Below are positions 41,305 to 45,673 of a stretch of DNA of 45,673 nucleotides, piece by piece. This DNA is from an uncultured Clostridia bacterium. Its GTDB lineage: Bacteria; Bacillota; Clostridia; Oscillospirales; Oscillospiraceae. The notes below the pieces were generated by a model that saw only the letters and a program-made list of their open reading frames with translations, had not been told where the DNA came from and made no database searches. The position numbers were made by a program, and so were the translations under genes. The DNA lies in contig CAMVBX010000001.1 in assembly GCA_947165825.1 (NCBI GenBank), positions 1-45,673 on the forward strand, written 5' to 3'. Each line of letters starts with the position of its first letter. The first letter of the stretch is position 1.

Positions 41305-42873
41305 ATGGAAAAAAAGCGGATTACGATCCCGCTCTCCGGGCGGATCGACTCCAATAACGCAGCAGCGGTGGAACAGGAGATCCTGGCGAAGCTGGGGGCG
41401 GAGCGGGATATCGCCCTGATCCTGGACGCGGAGAAGCTGGAGTATATTTCCAGCGCGGGCTTGCGGGTGATCCTGCACCTGAAAAAGATGATCCCGGAGC
41501 TGAGCATCCGAAACGTCAGCTCCGAGGTTTATGAGATCCTGGAGATGACCGGGTTCACCGAGATGATGACGGTGGAAAAGGCCTACCGGGTCGTCTCGGT
41601 GGAGGGCTGCGAGGAGATCGGGCGCGGCGCAAACGGCACGATCTACCGGATCGACCGGGATAATGTGGTCAAGGTTTACAACAATGCCGACGCTCTGGCG
41701 GATATCCAGCATGAGCGGGAGGTGGCAAAGCTTGCCCTGATCCTGGGCATCCCCACGGCCATTTCTTACGACGTGGTCCGGGTGGGGGAGAGCTATGGCT
41801 CTGTTTTCGAGCTGCTGAACGCCAGGTCCTTCTCCAAGATCATCGCAACGGAGCCGGAGAAGCTGGACTGGTGCGTGGAGGAATACGTAAAGCTGCTGAA
41901 GACGATCCACGGCACGCTGGTTCCGGCGGGCAAGCTGCCGGATATGCGGGAAACGGCCCTGGACTGGGCCCGGTTTATGCAGGACTATCTGCCCCGGGAG
42001 GCCGGAGCGAAGCTGCTGGCCCTGGTGGAGGCGGTGCCCAGGGACGATCATATGCTCCACGGGGACTATCATACGAAGAATCTGGAGCTGCAGAATGACG
42101 AGGTCCTGCTCATCGATATGGACACCCTGGCGGTGGGCCATCCCATCTTTGAACTGGCGAGCATCTACAACTCCTTCGTCGGGTATTCCGAGCTGAAGCC
42201 GGAAACGATCCTGGCGTTCCAGGGCTTCGACCAGGAAACCGGCCGGACCTTCTGGCACAAGGCGCTTTCCGCCTATCTGGGCACGAACTGCCCCGCGAAG
42301 CTGCGGGAGGTGGAGGACAAAGCCCGCATCATCGGGTATACCCGCATGATCCGCCGCTCCATCCGGCGCAAGGGATTGGAGACGGAGCAGGGCAGAGCGG
42401 AGATCGAGCTGTGGAAGCGGGAGCTTCTGGAGCTGCTGGAACGGACGGACAAGCTGACTTTCTCCCGCAATGAGCTGGAGCTTGAAGCCGTCGACGAGAA
42501 CCTGGCGCAGGTGCAGACCTTCGTGGATGAGCGTCTGGAGGCGGCGGACTGTCCGCCGAAGGCGCAGATGCAGATCGGCGTGGCGGTGGAGGAGATCTTC
42601 GTGAATATCGCCCACTATGCCTATGCGCCGGATAAGGGCAGCGCCGCGGTGCGCGTGGAAGTCAGCGATGATCCCGTTACGGTGTCCATCACCTTCATCG
42701 ACCAGGGTATGCCCTATGATCCCTTGGCCAGGACCGATCCGGATATATCGCTCCCGGTCAGCGAGCGGGACGTCGGCGGGCTGGGGGTCTTCCTGACCAA
42801 ACAGCTCATGGACGACGTGACCTATTCCTATCGGGACGGACGGAATATCCTGACCCTGAAAAAGAAGCTGTGA
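41305..42873 (+). CDS. Triple-fusion regulator: STAS - APH/choline-kinase-like kinase - GHKL anti-sigma kinase (SpoIIAB-like)
   Basis: N-terminal STAS with EKLEYISSAGLRVILHL. The central kinase fold has GRGANGTIYRI, VVKVY, LHGDYHTKNL and LLIDMD. The C-terminal HATPase has AVEEIFVNIAHYAY, IDQGMPYDP and VGGLGVFLTKQLMD. Confidence 0.85.
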   Translation: MEKKRITIPLSGRIDSNNAAAVEQEILAKLGAERDIALILDAEKLEYISSAGLRVILHLKKMIPELSIRNVSSEVYEILEMTGFTEMMTVEKAYRVVSVEGCEEIGRGANGTIYRIDRDNVVKVYNNADALADIQHEREVAKLALILGIPTAISYDVVRVGESYGSVFELLNARSFSKIIATEPEKLDWCVEEYVKLLKTIHGTLVPAGKLPDMRETALDWARFMQDYLPREAGAKLLALVEAVPRDDHMLHGDYHTKNLELQNDEVLLIDMDTLAVGHPIFELASIYNSFVGYSELKPETILAFQGFDQETGRTFWHKALSAYLGTNCPAKLREVEDKARIIGYTRMIRRSIRRKGLETEQGRAEIELWKRELLELLERTDKLTFSRNELELEAVDENLAQVQTFVDERLEAADCPPKAQMQIGVAVEEIFVNIAHYAYAPDKGSAAVRVEVSDDPVTVSITFIDQGMPYDPLARTDPDISLPVSERDVGGLGVFLTKQLMDDVTYSYRDGRNILTLKKKL

Positions 42874-44099
42874 GCGCATTTCCAAAGCTGCAGTTTGACA
42901 CCCGGACGAAAAAGCCGAAGCTCTTCCTGCTTCTGCTTCTGGCGGGGATCGCCGGGCTCGCGGTCTTGCTCCTGTCCCTGGGGGGGACGGAACGCAGCGC
43001 CGTTCCCATCTGCGGGATAACGGCAGCCTTCTGCCTGGCGGCATTCTTCATGCTCCTCTGGGCCTGGCGGGAGCAGCATCGGTATAATCCCTATTCCTAC
43101 AATACGATCTATTACATGGGCTTTGCCCTGTTTGCCCTTTTTGTGCTGGCGACGAATGCGGTGCTGGTCAGCCGGATGCTGCGCTGGCCTGAGCTGTACC
43201 CGGCGGATGCCGTCATGCGTATGCTGCTGGATTCCGCAAAGCAATACATGCTCATTTCCAGCCCTTTCCTTCTGCTTTTCTCTGCGGCGCTGGTGGTATC
43301 CAATCTCTCCCTGATCCGGCATGAGGGAAGGCGGCTGGTGAACCTTCTGGGGATCATTCTGGCTTTCCTGCTGGTGGGCGGTCTGGCCTTCCTGTTCATC
43401 TTTGATTATGCCGTGTCCGGAAGCCTGCAGGAGGTGATGATCCACGATCTGATCACCAACCTCTTTGCCGCCGTGTACCTGTATTTTGAGTGCATGCTGC
43501 TGGGCATCATCATCGCGGACGCGGTGGTGATCCGCTATGAACCGGAGCCGGACAAGGATTTCATCATTATCCTCGGCTGCGGCATCCGCAGCGACGGTAC
43601 GCCCTCGCCCCTTCTGCGGGGGCGGATCGATCGGGCTCTGGATTTTGCGAAAAAACAGGAGGCGGAGACCGGAAAAGCGCCGGTATTCGTCCCCTCCGGC
43701 GGCCAGGGGCCTGATGAGCCGTGCGCGGAGAGCGCCGCCATGAAGCGGTATCTGCTGGAACAGGGCGTCCCGGAGGAACGGATCCTGGAAGAGAACCGGT
43801 CCACGGATACCTTTGAGAACATGAAATTTTCCAAGGAGATCATCCTGGCGGCAAATCCGGAGGGAAAGGTCGCCTTTTCCACCACGAATTACCACGTGTT
43901 CCGCGGCGGCCTCAAGGCCCGCCGGGTGAAAATGCGGGCGGTGGGCATGGGCGCCAGGACAAAATGGTATTTCTGGCCCAACGCTGCGGTGCGGGAATTC
44001 GTGGGCCTGCTGACGGAGCACCGGGGGAAGCAGGCGCTGATCCTGGGGAGCATGGTCGTGTTCTACACCGTGCTGACGCTGCTGGCGTATCGGCGCTGA
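42870..44099 (+). CDS. DUF218 (YdcF/SanA/ElyC-like) membrane protein
   Basis: GTG start overlapping the upstream stop (GTGA). Five to six TM helices are followed by a DUF218 core: FIIILGCGIRSDGTPSPLLRGRIDRAL...PSGGQG...ESAAMKRYL...STDTFENM...TTNYHVFR. Confidence 0.8.
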   Translation: MSAFPKLQFDTRTKKPKLFLLLLLAGIAGLAVLLLSLGGTERSAVPICGITAAFCLAAFFMLLWAWREQHRYNPYSYNTIYYMGFALFALFVLATNAVLVSRMLRWPELYPADAVMRMLLDSAKQYMLISSPFLLLFSAALVVSNLSLIRHEGRRLVNLLGIILAFLLVGGLAFLFIFDYAVSGSLQEVMIHDLITNLFAAVYLYFECMLLGIIIADAVVIRYEPEPDKDFIIILGCGIRSDGTPSPLLRGRIDRALDFAKKQEAETGKAPVFVPSGGQGPDEPCAESAAMKRYLLEQGVPEERILEENRSTDTFENMKFSKEIILAANPEGKVAFSTTNYHVFRGGLKARRVKMRAVGMGARTKWYFWPNAAVREFVGLLTEHRGKQALILGSMVVFYTVLTLLAYRR

Positions 44100-44120
44100 G
44101 TCTGACCAAAAGAGAAGAGA

Positions 44121-44166
44121 ACTGCTGCATCGGATCCCGTTTCCCGGGCGGATGCAGCAGTTTTTC
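44121..44166. terminator. Terminator between convergent genes
   Basis: actgctgcatc / gatgcagcagt forms an 11-bp stem with additional inner pairing, followed by ttttt. It is preceded by a purine-rich agagaagagaa run. Confidence 0.65.
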
Positions 44167-44167
44167 A

Positions 44168-45409
44168 TCAGAGCGGGGAAACCGGATGCTCTGAGCCGGA
44201 TGATTGCCGTTCCCTGTTCCCGATGAACCGGACCGTCGCTCTGTAGCAGTTTTCCAGTCCTTCTTCGTTCAGATTGTCATAGGAGTCCTTGCGCGTATGA
44301 TAATACCGCTCCAATTTGTGGCTGAGTCCGGTGATCCCGATGGAGCGAAAGCCGCCCTGGGTAAAGGCGGCGCTGTCCGTTGCGCCGCCCATCAGGGGAA
44401 CGCTTCCCTTTGCGCAGGGGATTCCCGCTTCTTCCGCCGCGCGCAGAAACTCCCCGCCAAGCTCCTGATCCGCCGGGACGGTGCCGTTCAGGTCCCGCAG
44501 GTTGACCAGGAGCTTCTGCGGATCGTGAATGGTGTCGAAGCAGAGGATAACGGTCGGAACGTCCCGGTACTCTCCCCTGTGCGCTCCGCACCAGGCTTTT
44601 GCCCCGCGAAGACCGGCTTCTTCCGATCCGGTGAGGATCACCCCCAGTTCGGTATGCTCCAGCGTTACGCCGAGGCGTTCCATCTCCCGCAGGACCGCAA
44701 TGCCCATAAAGCATCCGGTCAGATCGTCGTTTGCTCCGTCCACCACCCGCTTCGGGTCATAGGTGCAGCCCACAAGCAGAAAAAACGGCAGGAATATCAG
44801 GCCCCAGAGCGCTGCGGTCTGCACCCAGGATCCCGCGCCGCAGAGCCGGCAGATCCCCAGAAGCAGATAAAACAGCACCCCGACCACGGCGGCAGCGCCG
44901 GGGATCTCAAACACGATCCCGCCGAAATGATAATTGAGGGGAAATTCCCAGGCGGCGTCCATATGCCCGTTCAGAAAGATCCGCTGTCGGACTTCCCCCA
45001 AACAGGGGCGGAGAGCCGTTACGTTCAGGCTTTCCTTCTCCGGAAACAGGGGATCGATCACCTGCTTGTACAGGACGAATTGAAAGAGGAACAGGAGCAG
45101 GGCGGCAGCGCCGAAAACCAGACTGAGCCAGGGGCAGAAAAAGTGGGTGACCGCGCACAGACAGTCCAGGACCGCGGAGAACTTGAAATAGCGGTGGAAA
45201 GCGGCAGGGTGTTCCGTGAAGCTTTCCATCCGGATATCCCCGCAGCCGCACGCATCCCGCAGGAGCTTTGCCATATATTTCCCGGCTTCCCGTTCTCCGG
45301 CGCTTCCCGGCGCACGTTTCTTCATCTCCCGGCATACGTGGGCGATCTCCCGGACCATAAAGGAAACCGCGTGCGCGCGGCTTTCCTCAAGCCTTTTCAT
45401 TTCGGACAT
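44168..45409 (-). CDS. M28 family metallopeptidase with internal TM segments
   Basis: Start trimmed to MSEMKRLE after a GGAAGGAGA RBS. Motifs: GSAGEREA, FLNGHMDA, DDLTGCFMGIAVL, TGSEEAGLRGA and YYHTRKD. Confidence 0.8.
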   Translation of the reverse strand: MSEMKRLEESRAHAVSFMVREIAHVCREMKKRAPGSAGEREAGKYMAKLLRDACGCGDIRMESFTEHPAAFHRYFKFSAVLDCLCAVTHFFCPWLSLVFGAAALLLFLFQFVLYKQVIDPLFPEKESLNVTALRPCLGEVRQRIFLNGHMDAAWEFPLNYHFGGIVFEIPGAAAVVGVLFYLLLGICRLCGAGSWVQTAALWGLIFLPFFLLVGCTYDPKRVVDGANDDLTGCFMGIAVLREMERLGVTLEHTELGVILTGSEEAGLRGAKAWCGAHRGEYRDVPTVILCFDTIHDPQKLLVNLRDLNGTVPADQELGGEFLRAAEEAGIPCAKGSVPLMGGATDSAAFTQGGFRSIGITGLSHKLERYYHTRKDSYDNLNEEGLENCYRATVRFIGNRERQSSGSEHPVSPL

Positions 45410-45442
45410 TGCCGTTCTCCTTCCCACCCCGTTGTTGAGAGA

Positions 45443-45448
45443 ATTATA
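45443..45448 (-). promoter_or_regulatory. Candidate -10 hexamer (TATAAT) for the M28 peptidase gene
   Basis: On the minus strand ...ccctgTATAATtctc lies about 35 nt upstream of the ATG. The -35 is poor (TTGCGT-like). Confidence 0.3.
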
Positions 45449-45673
45449 CAGGGTTTTTCCGAATACGCAACCAAAAACCGACGGGCGGAAAAGACAAATA
45501 GCCGCAGAGAGTCAATCCCTGCGGTTCTGCTGCGGTCTAAAACCGCGTTCTGGGAAATAACGCTGATAATGGTACCAAATGCACCCCATGTGTCGCGCGG
45601 AGTGCATCTCGACAAACGGGAATTTGTTGATATCAAAGCGTCAGTATTTCACTCACGATTTCACAAACGTTCT

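Noticed and set aside
1-45673. tRNA, rRNA, tmRNA or known riboswitch genes.
   Set aside because: Reading the intergenic regions by eye, I saw no cloverleaf-compatible or conserved-motif sequences. An Infernal or tRNAscan run would be needed for certainty.

Overview
High-GC, Clostridia-like chromosomal window (taxonomy inferred from gene content). Family names are assigned by eye from the translated ORFs; no searches were run.

Left end (1-4.3 kb) is accessory DNA:
- the 3' part of a periodic repeat protein;
- an AT-richer islet carrying an MccF-like S66 LD-carboxypeptidase;
- a DUF3368 (PIN-like)/UPF0175 toxin-antitoxin pair;
- a RayT/IS200-like Y1 transposase flanked by inverted REP-like hairpins.

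4.3-12.9 kb is a tightly packed minus-strand cluster, with several 4-8 nt start/stop overlaps: two esterase paralogs, TldD, PmbA, a MATE exporter, a GAF-PP2C phosphatase, YitT and a SIMPL protein.

13.0-17.2 kb holds a DUF2284 protein, a D-lyxose/D-mannose isomerase and a discoidin-GH2 glycosidase.

The most interesting part is a 27-kb block from 17.4 to 44.1 kb, entirely on the plus strand. In order it contains:
- a LytS-type histidine kinase and a REC-SARP (COG3947-like) response regulator;
- a promoter with two TTGGACA heptamers at 11-nt periodicity;
- a 227-bp hairpin-rich element bounded by inverted repeats;
- a 95-aa double-glycine-leader protein;
- a very short HlyD-like protein, a C39-peptidase ABC exporter and a second ABC half-transporter;
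- two tiny paralogous GG/GS-leader peptides with 23-aa acidic Pro-rich cores, one of which is absent from the ORF track;
- a translationally coupled secreted S8 subtilase;
- a 3093-aa SLH-anchored surface protein, an SLH protein, an SLH-5'-nucleotidase and a VanX-type dipeptidase;
- a second exact 28-nt copy of the heptamer promoter box;
- a STAS protein, an unknown 205-aa protein, a STAS-APH-like kinase-GHKL triple fusion and a DUF218 membrane protein.

No peptide-modifying enzyme and no sigma factor lies in the window. A convergent M28 peptidase closes it. Long ORFs antisense to these genes are treated as high-GC artefacts.
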